64,000 nt of DNA, taken from positions 113-64,112 of the forward strand of contig CALMJI010000006.1 in NCBI GenBank assembly GCA_937864235.1. The letters are read 5' to 3'. A program made the translations under genes and the position numbers. Each line of letters starts with the position of its first letter. Within the stretch, counting starts at the first letter, position 1. Shown piece after piece: positions 46,106 through 55,889 of this stretch. The notes below the pieces were generated by a model. It saw only the letters and a program-made list of their open reading frames with translations, had not been told where the DNA came from and made no database searches. This DNA comes from an uncultured bacterium (GTDB lineage Bacteria; Patescibacteriota; Minisyncoccia; SW-4-49-11).

Positions 46106-47044
46106 CTACCAACTCAAATTTTCTTTGTCTGCTGACTTAATACTTAATTTTACTAAATTAGATTTGAAGCTATAATATTTGATAAGATTAGTGATAATTC
46201 TAATTCCAAATTGAAAAATTCCTATAAATGGCAAAAAGCTCAAAAATACTATTAGAGAGACTACTATACCCCAAAGTGGGCCACTCATCCAAGGGGTTAA
46301 AAATTTATTAATATAAGTGATAAAAGCTTGAATTATTGGAGTATCTCTATTGATAGAGATTTGAAATCTGTCTGATAAATTGTTGATTTGCTGTTGTATT
46401 GCTACATCTTTATTAACCAATCTTGAATCTATATTTTGGGATTGAAGTTGAGATTCTAATTGGTCTGAGACATAGTTTCCAACTGAAATATTAGGATCAA
46501 AGTCTGGAGCTATTTGATTTATTACTGGAAGCCATGATTCTAACTGATTATTGAGAAAAGCTTCATCTAGAAAAATACCATTTGGGTTGGTTCTAAGAGT
46601 GTTTCCATAAATAAAAACCGAAGCTAATAACATTAACCAGACTATAATTCCTTTAGTATGAGGTAGTATTACAGTTTTGACTCGGAATTTGATATGATCT
46701 GCCATACTTTCATTGATATCTTTAATGGCTTTGAATAAAGTTTGTATGCCTAGGATAAGAGTAAATACTATAATCAGAGCGGTGATGGTATCAAAAAAAG
46801 CCACTCCTATCAAAGCTAAAGGTAAAATTTGAATTAGTATAAATTTAGTAATTTGTGGTGGCATTTTATCTATACAAGTATACCAGCTGAGTGTCGCAAT
46901 ATAAAGCATGCCTAAAAAACCAGAAATAATCCCTCCTATCCAAATTGATATATGCCCCAAAACAGACAAGGCTATAGTTGATACAGTTACCCAAAGTAAA
47001 ACTATAGTGATACTCTCTACTATAATTATTTTTTTATTCTGCAT
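46106..47044 (-). CDS. Hypothetical integral membrane protein (312 aa)
   Basis: Multiple TM helices at both ends with a polar Q/N-rich central region. Confidence 0.45.
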   Translation of the reverse strand: MQNKKIIIVESITIVLLWVTVSTIALSVLGHISIWIGGIISGFLGMLYIATLSWYTCIDKMPPQITKFILIQILPLALIGVAFFDTITALIIVFTLILGIQTLFKAIKDINESMADHIKFRVKTVILPHTKGIIVWLMLLASVFIYGNTLRTNPNGIFLDEAFLNNQLESWLPVINQIAPDFDPNISVGNYVSDQLESQLQSQNIDSRLVNKDVAIQQQINNLSDRFQISINRDTPIIQAFITYINKFLTPWMSGPLWGIVVSLIVFLSFLPFIGIFQFGIRIITNLIKYYSFKSNLVKLSIKSADKENLSW

Positions 47045-47053
47045 ATATTTTAT

Positions 47054-48829
47054 TTATCGTGAAAATTGTTTTTCAAACCAGTCTCTATCTAATTGTACCA
47101 TAGTTGGCCGCCCATGACAGCAGGCAAATCCAAAATCCGTCTTGGCTGCAGCTTGAATTAATGCTTCTATTTCTGATTGTGTCATACTGTATCCGGCTTT
47201 TATAGCTGATTTACAAGCTATAGTCTTCAATAACTCTACTCTCAACTCAGATAATTCCATAGTCTGTCCTCGGTCTTGAATTTGGGCGATTAGAGTTTTT
47301 ATATGTTCTTCAGACTTTTGAGTTTTGGAAAGGAAAGCTGGTACAGCTCTAATTATAATCTCACTAGCCCCAAAATCATCTACTTCAAATCCCGGAAGTT
47401 GGGCTAAAACTTCTATAGTTATATCTTTCTCGGATTGTGGTACACTGATGGCAATTGGGAATAATAGGGCTTGCGACTTGACCGGCTCGTCTTGATTCAT
47501 CAATTGCTCTAAAATTACCTTCTCATGCACCGCATGTTGGTCTAAAATCATTATCCCATTTTGATTAGGATAGACTATATATGTGTCAAAAATATGTAAA
47601 TAATCCGGTTTAATGGTTTCAGCCTCTAATAATTCTCGAAAATTTGGTTGTATATTATGAAAATTATATTGCGCCTTAGGGATTTGTCTGTGAGAATATT
47701 GAGCAAAATTACTCTCAGCCACTTGAGGCTTCTGATAGCTCTTGACAGAGTCATTATAGAACTTAAAATTATAGTTTTGAGTCTGATTAGATTTTGGGCT
47801 TGAATTGTCTAGATTTGGATTAGATTGCGTGGATTGTGGTTTTAGAATAATATCAAAGGCTGACTTCTGCAAAGTATCTCTGATTAGATATTTGACCGTC
47901 TGGAATACGGCTCTATCATCAGTGAATTTGACTTCGGTTTTCCTTGGATGCACATTAACATCTAATTCTTGAGGCGGGATAAATATAGACACAAAGGCAA
48001 AAGGATAATACCCAACTTCTAACATAGTGTCAAAACCTTGTTGTATTGCTTTGTTAATAAGTGGTTGTATGACAGGGCGATTATTGATAAAAATATGATA
48101 TTGAGCTGATTTTTTGGAAATTCTAGGATGCCCGATATATCCGATGGCTTTGAAATTATGTTTTTGGGAATCTACTAATAATAAATATTCTGAATCTTGA
48201 ACCTTGAGTATATTTATTGTTCTCGTTAATAAATCACTGGCTTTGACATTGATTAGCTCCCGATTTTGAGATTTATAGATAAAAGCTACTTCTGGATGAA
48301 CTAAAGCTATTTCTTCTATAATTTTGGTAATATGAGATAATTCAGTGGCATTGGTCTTGAGGAATTTTTTCCGGGCAGGGACATTGTAGAATAAATTTCT
48401 GATTGTAAGAGTAGTGCCGGTATTAGCTTTGGCTACTACTTTGATCTCAGATGTGTGCGGATTATAAAAATATCCAGTTTTATCTGAGTTAGTTTTGGTT
48501 ACTAATTCCACTTGTGACACCGCTTGAATACTAGACAAAGCCTCCCCTCTAAATCCCATAGTAGATAGGGCTTGTAAATCCTCAATTTTCTCAATTTTGC
48601 TGGTAGCATGTCTTTTGAATAAATTCTCAAAATCATCTTTAGCAATACCAGAGCCATTATCTTTTATAATAATTTCAGTCAAACCAGCATCAAGAACCTC
48701 AATTTGTATCTCGGTAGCACCAGCATCTAGAGAATTCTCAACTAACTCCTTGACAATTGAAGCTGGTCGCTCGACAACTTCTCCGGCGGCAATTTGATTG
48801 ATTATATTTTTTGGTAATAAATTTATCAT
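47054..48829 (-). CDS. mutL: DNA mismatch repair protein MutL
   Basis: GHKL ATPase N-terminus (LPKNIINQIAAGEVVERPASIVKELVENSLDAGA, DNGSGI) plus a C-terminal dimerisation domain. It overlaps mutS by 4 nt. Confidence 0.9.
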   Translation of the reverse strand: MINLLPKNIINQIAAGEVVERPASIVKELVENSLDAGATEIQIEVLDAGLTEIIIKDNGSGIAKDDFENLFKRHATSKIEKIEDLQALSTMGFRGEALSSIQAVSQVELVTKTNSDKTGYFYNPHTSEIKVVAKANTGTTLTIRNLFYNVPARKKFLKTNATELSHITKIIEEIALVHPEVAFIYKSQNRELINVKASDLLTRTINILKVQDSEYLLLVDSQKHNFKAIGYIGHPRISKKSAQYHIFINNRPVIQPLINKAIQQGFDTMLEVGYYPFAFVSIFIPPQELDVNVHPRKTEVKFTDDRAVFQTVKYLIRDTLQKSAFDIILKPQSTQSNPNLDNSSPKSNQTQNYNFKFYNDSVKSYQKPQVAESNFAQYSHRQIPKAQYNFHNIQPNFRELLEAETIKPDYLHIFDTYIVYPNQNGIMILDQHAVHEKVILEQLMNQDEPVKSQALLFPIAISVPQSEKDITIEVLAQLPGFEVDDFGASEIIIRAVPAFLSKTQKSEEHIKTLIAQIQDRGQTMELSELRVELLKTIACKSAIKAGYSMTQSEIEALIQAAAKTDFGFACCHGRPTMVQLDRDWFEKQFSR

Positions 48830-51381
48830 AGCGGATTGTTTTTTTGTAATTCATCTAATATAGCCATAGCCTGAAGCGGAGTTATATCATTGAGATTATG
48901 GGAGTGTAAATCTTGTAAGAGATTATTGTATTGCTCGGTCTCGGGACTAACTTCTTGTATTTGATTATTATTCTGACTTAAAATTTCTAAGAATGATAAT
49001 TGAGATTTTTTCTGCTCATATTGTATAAGAGCCCTCTTAGCTAATTCTAACACATCCGGAGGGAATCCCGCTAATTTGGCAATGGCAATACCATAGCTTT
49101 TATCCGCGCCACCTTGTTCTATACGATGCAAGAATATAATATCCTCTGTACTATCTTGGATTATCACCTGATAATTCACCACTCCTGCTAACTCAGCTTC
49201 TAGACTTAATAATTCGTGATAGTGAGTAGCAAAGAGAGTTCTAGCCCTAATCGTATTATGAATATACTCAATCAAAGCTTTAGCTATGCTCATACCATCA
49301 TAAGTAGATGTACCTCGCCCCACTTCATCCAAAATAATCAAACTGGACTTACTAGCATTATGTAGAATATTAGCAACTTCCAACATCTCCACCATAAAAG
49401 TACTATGCCCCTCACTCATATTATCCGAAGCTCCAACTCGGGTGAAAATTCTATCTACCACCCCAATCTCGGCACTATTAGCTGGGACAAAATACCCAAT
49501 TTGAGCCAATAGTACTATCAAAGCCACCTGTCTAATATAAGTAGATTTACCCCCCATATTCGGACCCGTGATTAACATCAAAGAGTGATCTGGCTCAGCT
49601 AATTTACAGTCATTAGACACATATTCGGTTATTAACTGCTCTAGCACTGGATGCCTACCAGACTCTATATATAGATTTTGGTTTTTACTGATTTTAGGAC
49701 GTGTATAATTCCAATCTAGTGCTAATTTAGCTCCGGCTTGAATACAATCAATATATGCAATGGTTTTGGAAATAGTATAAATCTGCTCTGCCTCAGCTAT
49801 AATAGCCTGTCTTAATTCCTCAAAAACAATTTGCTCTAAATTAAGTAATTCCGCTTCTGAACTTAGAATTTTCTCTTCAAAATCTTTTAGTTCTGGAGTA
49901 ATATATCGCTCTGCATTAGCTAAAGTCTGCTTTTTGATATAATTGTCTGGTAAAATTTGATTTTTATAAGCATTACTAATTTCTATATAATACCCAAAGA
50001 CTTTATTATATTTAACCTTGAGAGAATTAATTCCTGTCCGTGCCTGCTCCTGAGCCTGCAATTCCAAGAGATAATCCTTGCCACCTTGACTTAAATTTAA
50101 TAATTCGTCTATATCTTGCCTATAGCCTAAGGCTACAAATCCTCCATCCCGAGCCAAAATTGGCACATTTTCTTGCAAGGCTTTTTGCAATTCTTGCCGT
50201 AAAGATTCTAATTTTAATAAAGATTTTTGAGCCGGTTTAACATAAGAGCCTTGGTCTAATTCTAGAATTGAAGCAATATGATCGAAGCTTTTAGATAATA
50301 ATAACATATCCCGAGGACCACCCACATTGCTAGAAAGCCTAGCTAAAATCCGCTCAATATCTGCAATTTGGGGCAATAACTCTCTGATTGAAGTGATTAA
50401 GTTGGGATTGTCTAGATAATTTTGTATATGCTCTTGACGAGTATTAATGGGCTTGATATCTAGGAGTGGAGACAATATCCAAGACCTTAGCATCCTAGAA
50501 CCTAGAGGATTTTTGGTATAATTAATAGACTGATAAAAAGTCTTGCCCTTTTGACTGGCTCTTGGTAGTTGGAATAATTCCAAATTCTGAATAGTTTGGC
50601 TATCTAATCGCATATATTGAGCTAGAGAAATTGGCTTTAATGTAGTGATATGTTTCAAATCCTCCTGTTGAGTATAAGTAAGATAAGTAAGCAAAGCCCC
50701 AGCCGGACATAGCCTCATATCATCAATCTCAAAGCCAAAACCTGTCATACTACTAATACCAAAATGCTTAGTCAGCACTTCAATTGCCCGCTCCAATTGA
50801 AAATTCCATTTAGACTCAGTTACAGTTCTGATATTGAGTTGCTGAAGTTTTTCTAAAAGTGAGCTATTCTCTGGAACAATAATCTCTTTGACTTGTTTGG
50901 ATTGCAATATATCTTTGAGTTCAGCCTCCATAAACTCACCCACCTCAAAAAGCCCAGTTCCTAAATCAGCTAAAGCTAAATATACTAACCCTTTATAAGT
51001 ACTAATACTAGCTATATACCTTGATTCGGTAGCCTCTATATCCAAAAGAGCCGTCCCCGGAGTGATGACTTTGACCACTTTTCGAGTCACCAAACCCTTG
51101 GTGTCCTGAGCCGAGCCTTGTTGCTCACATAAAGCCACTGAATATCCAGCCTTGATCAGCTTCTGAATATATTGAGTTGAGGAATGATAAGGTACTCCAC
51201 ACATCGGAATTACTCCGTCCACCGTGTTCTTCCGTGCAGTCAAAACAAGATCTAGAATTGGAGCTGCCAATTTTGCATCCTCTGCAAACATTTCATAAAA
51301 ATCCCCCAGCCGAAAGAATAAAATATCATTGGGATAATCTTTTTTGATTTCATAAAACTGACTCATCATCGGCGAGGGCAT
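48826..51381 (-). CDS. mutS: DNA mismatch repair protein MutS
   Basis: Mismatch-binding N-terminus (FYEMFAEDA), Walker A GPNMGGKSTYIRQ, and ST-HYHEL; 851 aa. Confidence 0.95.
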   Translation of the reverse strand: MPSPMMSQFYEIKKDYPNDILFFRLGDFYEMFAEDAKLAAPILDLVLTARKNTVDGVIPMCGVPYHSSTQYIQKLIKAGYSVALCEQQGSAQDTKGLVTRKVVKVITPGTALLDIEATESRYIASISTYKGLVYLALADLGTGLFEVGEFMEAELKDILQSKQVKEIIVPENSSLLEKLQQLNIRTVTESKWNFQLERAIEVLTKHFGISSMTGFGFEIDDMRLCPAGALLTYLTYTQQEDLKHITTLKPISLAQYMRLDSQTIQNLELFQLPRASQKGKTFYQSINYTKNPLGSRMLRSWILSPLLDIKPINTRQEHIQNYLDNPNLITSIRELLPQIADIERILARLSSNVGGPRDMLLLSKSFDHIASILELDQGSYVKPAQKSLLKLESLRQELQKALQENVPILARDGGFVALGYRQDIDELLNLSQGGKDYLLELQAQEQARTGINSLKVKYNKVFGYYIEISNAYKNQILPDNYIKKQTLANAERYITPELKDFEEKILSSEAELLNLEQIVFEELRQAIIAEAEQIYTISKTIAYIDCIQAGAKLALDWNYTRPKISKNQNLYIESGRHPVLEQLITEYVSNDCKLAEPDHSLMLITGPNMGGKSTYIRQVALIVLLAQIGYFVPANSAEIGVVDRIFTRVGASDNMSEGHSTFMVEMLEVANILHNASKSSLIILDEVGRGTSTYDGMSIAKALIEYIHNTIRARTLFATHYHELLSLEAELAGVVNYQVIIQDSTEDIIFLHRIEQGGADKSYGIAIAKLAGFPPDVLELAKRALIQYEQKKSQLSFLEILSQNNNQIQEVSPETEQYNNLLQDLHSHNLNDITPLQAMAILDELQKNNPL

Positions 51382-51445
51382 ATCGACACATCCTTAAAAT
51401 ACATACTATTTTGTATTTATTATATCAAATTTACGATAATTAGTC

Positions 51446-51478
51446 GAAAAAAAATCCCCCGCATCGCACGCGGGGGGA
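51446..51478 (-). terminator. Intrinsic terminator on the minus strand (ccccgc-atcgcac-gcgggg with an 8-A tract on plus, giving a U-run on minus)
   Basis: 6-bp GC stem immediately downstream of the pseudogene stop at 51492. The A8 tract supplies the U-tail on the minus strand. Confidence 0.5.
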
Positions 51479-51491
51479 GGGGCTGGGTGGT

Positions 51492-51826
51492 TTATTCTTG
51501 AACTACTTCTACATTTAACACTCTTAATTCTCTATCAACTATGATAAAGCCAATTTGAAATATACTATTATTTTTCACACCCTCAAACCAATCTATACTT
51601 ATGAATCTAGGCAAAGATGAGGGCTCATTTTCAATAAGTAAAAGATCTATTTTTCTTCTTCCATGAGCATTTTGTTTAATAAATACATATTTACCGGTAA
51701 TACTTGGGGTTGCTTCTATAACTACAGACTTAATCCGCGGGTTGCTTCTATAACTACAGACTTAATCCGCAAAGGCCATGCAGCAACTAATTTCAAATCT
51801 TCAAAAGAAAAAGTTTGTTCAGCCAT
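51492..51826 (-). pseudogene. Disrupted ~100-aa ORF (MAEQTFSFEDLKLVAAWPLRIKSVVIEATPSITGKYVFIKQNAHGRRKIDLLLIENEPSSLPRFISIDWFEGVKNNSIFQIGFIIVDRELRVLNVEVVQE) interrupted by a perfect 32-bp tandem duplication (51707-51738 duplicated at 51739-51770)
   Basis: Deleting one 32-bp copy restores a single continuous ATG-to-TAA frame. With both copies the frame hits a stop inside copy 1. Protein family not recognised. Confidence 0.5.
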
Positions 51827-51994
51827 ACCAAATACCTCAGGATAAAAATTTAGCCCTAGATCTCTCTAGAGCCTGGACAAACAAAAACATATCATATTTT
51901 ACCGCTTTCGTCTATATCTGTGTAAGTATAAACCCTCTACTAAAAACATACCCACATCGTAGGGCTTTTATCACCTGTACTTTATAAAGACTAT

Positions 51995-52140
51995 TTATTG
52001 CGGGCGACAAAAGGTCGCCCATACAAGAAAGCACTGTCCTCCTTTGGAGGAGGTGGCACGAAGTGCCGGAGGTGGATTAAATTTAATACTACATCTTATC
52101 CAACCTCTCCCTACGGGTACTCCCTCCAAAGGGAGACAAA
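51995..52140. repeat. GC-rich mosaic hairpin repeat element, copy 8. Modules: gggcgacaaaaggtcgccc, ctgtcctcctttggaggaggtggcacgaagtgccggaggtggatt, ctccctccaaagggagacaaa.
   Basis: Shares modules with copies 5, 9 and 11. Confidence 0.7.
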
Positions 52141-52185
52141 AACACAATTTCGCACAAACTCACACATCGCTCCGACCTTCAAGTC

Positions 52186-52216
52186 CCAAAAACAGTCCAA
52201 ACGGACTGTTGATTTT
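52186..52216. terminator. Bidirectional hairpin (cagtcc-aaac-ggactg followed by TTGATTTTTT) downstream of tRNA-Leu(TAA)
   Basis: 6-bp stem with a T-run on plus and a U-run (tttttggg) on the minus strand. Confidence 0.45.
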
Positions 52217-52228
52217 TTAATTTATTCT

Positions 52229-52317
52229 TGGTACTAGGAGAGGGACTTGAACCCTCACAGTGTTTAATCACCAACGGATTTTAAGTCCGTCGCGTCTACC
52301 ATTCCGCCACCCTAGCT
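52229..52317 (-). tRNA. tRNA-Leu (anticodon TAA), type II, CCA encoded
   Basis: Minus-strand fold: acceptor GCTAGGG pairs with TCCTAGT (2 G-U pairs); the anticodon stem ACGGA pairs with TCCGT around loop CTTAAAA; the T arm is GAGGG-TTCAAGT-CCCTC. Confidence 0.85.
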
Positions 52318-52417
52318 ATAAGGTAAACCTATTGTACCCTATTTTGGAGAATTTAGCAAGACAAAATAATCATAAATTTATTTTTATATATTACCCCAAT
52401 GTTCCACGTAGAACATT

Positions 52418-52804
52418 TTAGTCAAGACCTTCTAGAATATTAGGGTAAAACTTTATCCAACTTTTTTTACAACAATTATCCACAATACAGGTGATCGCAT
52501 CGATAGTAATATCCATATCGGTGTATTTCTGCTTCTGGACATATAATTGAGCTCCTAGCTTGAGATGACTAACTTTCCTCGGTGTAATATTATATATCGG
52601 AAAATCCAAGTTATCCCCAAGTTTTCCACATTTATACACAGTCTTTACCTCTATAATGTGAATAACTCTATCCTTAGTAGCCACAATATCCAATTCTGAT
52701 AGCTTACCCAGTCTCACATTTTGATCTATAATTTCAAAGCCTTTAGATATTAAAAGTTTAGCCGCCAACCTCTCGCCCAAACTACCTTTATTTTTTGTAT
52801 CCAT
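52418..52804 (-). CDS. yraN: YraN-family (UPF0102) endonuclease-like protein
   Basis: GSLGERLAAKLLISKGFEIIDQN...GELDIVA...IHIIEVKT is the UPF0102 PD-(D/E)xK pattern. Confidence 0.7.
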   Translation of the reverse strand: MDTKNKGSLGERLAAKLLISKGFEIIDQNVRLGKLSELDIVATKDRVIHIIEVKTVYKCGKLGDNLDFPIYNITPRKVSHLKLGAQLYVQKQKYTDMDITIDAITCIVDNCCKKSWIKFYPNILEGLD

Positions 52805-54044
52805 ATCTTTTAGTATAGCATTCTATAGAAAAAATTACTACCAATATAAAAACCCCTATGGCTCCGATTTCACTTAATAACAAAAGAAATATATTATGTA
52901 CTGGCTCATACTGCCATATTTCTCTATTATCTGACAAATTACCAACATATTGCCCCAACCCAACGCCAAGCCATAAATTAGCATATATCATATTGGCTGC
53001 ATCTTGTATATAAACCCCTCTTTTTACAATAGTTTCTAAAATTTGCTTATATGGCAAAATCCATAAAAACAAAATTCCAGCTATGGCAATAGAATTTATT
53101 ATCAATCTTGGTAAAGATTTTAATTTATTTTGAAATTGTTCCACGTGGAACATTGATTTTTTATATACTATTGTCAAATAAATAAAATCTAGGAATAAAA
53201 GTAGTGCCAGAGCTATTTTTGAGAAACTAAGTATTATTATAATATGGAGAATAAAAATAAAAATTTGACGAAGAATTTGGGAAAATTCTATATTTTTACT
53301 AGATATTAACTGGAGTCCGGTAAATAAACTCAATACAAGAGCCTGTATAGAAGTCAAAATATAGTGATCCACAAACCCTAAAAACACAAGCGACACAATG
53401 TATACCCAGATAGCTAGCTTTTTCTTAAATTCTTTAGCATATAGTAATATCAAGGCTAAAACTCCAGCAAAAGCCAAGATATTTGGATGCGGAAAGGTGC
53501 CATATCCTCGAATGATCACATTGTCCAATATACTAACTTTTGCGACTCCAGCAATCTCAGGAGATAAAGTAGGCTCTACTACTACTGGTAAGCCTGTATT
53601 GCTTTGGAACCATACTTGCGTTATCACAATTAGAGCCTGCCCCAGCATACCAATAATAAATCCTTTAGCAATATAGCTAATTTCTTTTTGGAAGGGTTTA
53701 AAACTCCTTATATACCAAGTTATCCCCACCAACAAATATACTCTCAAACCCCAAAACCAACTTATCAAAGGATATTTAGCCCATATCAACTGAAAAAATA
53801 TCCAAAGAAGCAAAGTTATCCATAACTTATCCACAATTTTTTGACTGCTAAGTGGAAATCTTTTGGTTTGCCAGAATAGATGAGCAAATATCAAAAATAA
53901 AACCAGATCTAGACTATGTAGATATATAGTCGTATAAGGCAAATTTATATTTCTAATTGTATAACTAAAGAGAGTAGTTCTTATTAAAAAAGGAAAGCCT
54001 ACCCCTATTATGATATATATAAATAATTTAATCTTATTCCACAT
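52788..54044 (-). CDS. O-antigen ligase / Wzy_C-family polytopic membrane protein (putative)
   Basis: About 10-12 TM helices with a large periplasmic-type loop, typical of O-antigen ligase-like glycan polymerases/ligases. The assignment rests on topology only. Confidence 0.45.
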   Translation of the reverse strand: MWNKIKLFIYIIIGVGFPFLIRTTLFSYTIRNINLPYTTIYLHSLDLVLFLIFAHLFWQTKRFPLSSQKIVDKLWITLLLWIFFQLIWAKYPLISWFWGLRVYLLVGITWYIRSFKPFQKEISYIAKGFIIGMLGQALIVITQVWFQSNTGLPVVVEPTLSPEIAGVAKVSILDNVIIRGYGTFPHPNILAFAGVLALILLYAKEFKKKLAIWVYIVSLVFLGFVDHYILTSIQALVLSLFTGLQLISSKNIEFSQILRQIFIFILHIIIILSFSKIALALLLFLDFIYLTIVYKKSMFHVEQFQNKLKSLPRLIINSIAIAGILFLWILPYKQILETIVKRGVYIQDAANMIYANLWLGVGLGQYVGNLSDNREIWQYEPVHNIFLLLLSEIGAIGVFILVVIFSIECYTKRYGYKK

Positions 54045-54212
54045 TTCTTTTCTTTGTATATATTCAGTCCTTGCCAGTAATCAGAGAATAATATATATTT
54101 ATATATATGTGTGTGTATTTAATATAATCATATCATATTACATTTTGTGGATAACTTGTGTAAAAACTCTATTTATCCCCAAGTTTTCCACAATTATTAT
54201 TAAGTTTTATTT

Positions 54213-55199
54213 ATGTCTAATAAAAATATAGTCGTTATTGGTGGGGGCACAGGATCTTTTACCGTTTTATCTGGATTAAAATTATTTAACAATCTAAACC
54301 TTACGGCCATAGTAAATATGGTAGATAATGGAGGCTCTACCGGTAAATTAAGAGATGAGCTCGGAGTATTGCCTCCAGGAGATATCAGGCAATGTTTAGT
54401 AGCCTTAGCTGAATCACCTGAAATTCTAAGACAATTATTTAATTATAGATTTGACTGTGGAGAATTAACTGGACATAATTTTGGAAATTTATTTTTATCA
54501 GCATTAGAAAAGATTACAGGCAATTTTGAAGAAGGGATCAAAACTGCTAGCGACATATTGTCTATTAAGGGGGAGGTCATACCCGTCACTACAGACAATA
54601 TTAATCTATCTATAATCTTACAAAATGGGACAAAGTTATTAGGTGAAGCTAGAATTCATGATTCTCAAGAATATTTACAATATCCAGTCAAAGAATTGCA
54701 ATTAATACCCAAAGCTAAACTCAATCCTAGAGCAAAAGAAGCTATTATGGAAGCTGATAGTGTAATTATCGGGCCAGGATTGTTTTATGGCAGTTTATTA
54801 CCCAATTTAATAGTCCCAGGGATGAGTGAAGTATTAGCCAAAACTGAGGCTCAGATTATTTATAATGTAAACCTGATGTCTAAAGTGGCTGGACACAAAC
54901 AATGGTCAGTAGAAGAACATATTAGACAGCTCAATAAATTTATAGGAGCTGAAGTCATAGATATAGCCTTATACAATACTACTAAACCTGATCCAAAATT
55001 GGTAGAAAAGTATAAAGAAGAGGGAGAACCCGTTGTCAAGGCCAATAAATCTAATAAAGTGGGCAAAACCACTCTAATCGGAGATGATTTGATAGCTGAT
55101 GGTATATTTGTAAATCCTAACAAAAAAGACCCTCTCAGAAGAACTCTTATACGCCATGACCCTCTCAAATTAGCCGAAGCCTTGTATAGGTTAATTTGA
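54213..55199 (+). CDS. yvcK: Gluconeogenesis factor YvcK / CofD-like UPF0052 family protein
   Basis: IVVIGGGTGSFTVLSGL...LRDELGVLPPGDIRQCLVAL matches the UPF0052 signature. Confidence 0.85.
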   Translation: MSNKNIVVIGGGTGSFTVLSGLKLFNNLNLTAIVNMVDNGGSTGKLRDELGVLPPGDIRQCLVALAESPEILRQLFNYRFDCGELTGHNFGNLFLSALEKITGNFEEGIKTASDILSIKGEVIPVTTDNINLSIILQNGTKLLGEARIHDSQEYLQYPVKELQLIPKAKLNPRAKEAIMEADSVIIGPGLFYGSLLPNLIVPGMSEVLAKTEAQIIYNVNLMSKVAGHKQWSVEEHIRQLNKFIGAEVIDIALYNTTKPDPKLVEKYKEEGEPVVKANKSNKVGKTTLIGDDLIADGIFVNPNKKDPLRRTLIRHDPLKLAEALYRLI

Positions 55200-55249
55200 T
55201 TATAAATTATAAATTATAAATTGAGAATTAAGAATTCTGTAGCTTGCAT

Positions 55250-55455
55250 TTTGTCTCCCTTTGGAGGGAGTACCCGTAATATACTGAAAGTCTGGAAAAG
55301 AGGTAGGGAAAACGGGAGTTTTCCCGTGGAGGAAGGTTGGGAAACCGTGAGTTTTCACAGGAGCAAATCCTATTTGAGACCGGGGGAGTGTGGATAGAAG
55401 GTAGATTGAGAGGACATATTACTGCTCGTAGTAGCGACCTTTCAGTCGCCTGCGT
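55250..55455. repeat. GC-rich mosaic hairpin repeat element, copy 9. Modules: ttgtctccctttggagggag, gggaaaacgggagttttcccg, cgtagtagcgacctttcagtcgcc. It is preceded by a (tataaat)x3 tandem repeat.
   Basis: Shares ggcgacctttcagtcgcc with copies 1, 2 and 3, and the (gtctcc)ctttggaggga module with copy 8. Confidence 0.7.
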
Positions 55456-55533
55456 CTTTATACCTAAATTTTTACACCCTATACAAACAACGTCTCAAAA
55501 GACTTGCAATTTAATCCATAATCTGTTATTTTA

Positions 55534-55794
55534 ATGCCGATGTGTACTGTTCTTTTTATGAAAAATTCATTTCTAAACATTACCTCGGTAACACAAAGCT
55601 GGATTAACGCTACTTTATCTGAGTTATATGTAATTCCAATATTGGCAATAGTTCACGATGAATTAAGAGAACAGCTAGAGAGTAAAATTCCATATAAAAC
55701 TTTCATAAGGTTAAGAAGGTTGAAATATTCATTATTAGGAAATCTAGATACAATGAGACCTTACATTTTAACTACAAGATCTCAACCACTATGA
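55534..55794 (+). CDS. Hypothetical 86-aa protein with one TM segment (speculative)
   Basis: ORF flanked by a CATAAT -10-like hexamer 9 nt upstream and a strong intrinsic terminator downstream. Confidence 0.3.
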   Translation: MPMCTVLFMKNSFLNITSVTQSWINATLSELYVIPILAIVHDELREQLESKIPYKTFIRLRRLKYSLLGNLDTMRPYILTTRSQPL

Positions 55795-55819
55795 TAGTTT
55801 CGGTATAATCATCTGTAAT

Positions 55820-55880
55820 ATAAGTAGCGGAGAGTTTATCCCTCCGCTACAAAAAATTCATCTCCCACACAATGTGGGTT
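55820..55880. terminator. Terminator region between the convergent ORF 55534-55794 and typA: hairpin gtagcgga-gagtttatccc-tccgctac, then cccaca-caa-tgtggg followed by TTTTTTATTATTT
   Basis: Two stem-loops. The second has a classic T-run on the plus strand. Confidence 0.5.
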
Positions 55881-55889
55881 TTTTATTAT

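Noticed and set aside
54045-54212. Calling 54045-54212 the chromosomal origin (oriC)
   Set aside because: DnaA-box-like motifs and an AT-rich tract are present, but there is no dnaA/dnaN linkage and only one or two perfect boxes within the gap. It is kept as a low-interest finding rather than a feature.
1764-55168. Shadow ORFs on the opposite strand of well-supported genes (e.g. 1764-1955, 9600-9929, 11203-11439, 13919-14101, 16173-16355, 16839-17033, 22217-22441, 22961-23146, 24031-24360, 25135-25674, 28302-28520, 29115-29297, 29532-29720, 31442-31684, 31787-32023, 32863-33063, 35564-35869, 35965-36177, 38525-38767, 44041-44268, 44514-44735, 45617-45916, 46908-47117, 48597-48797, 50040-50240, 53398-53676, 54860-55168, 60292-60480, 61142-61426)
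   Set aside because: Each is fully contained in, and antisense or out-of-frame to, a gene with strong motif support. Their translations have no recognisable features.
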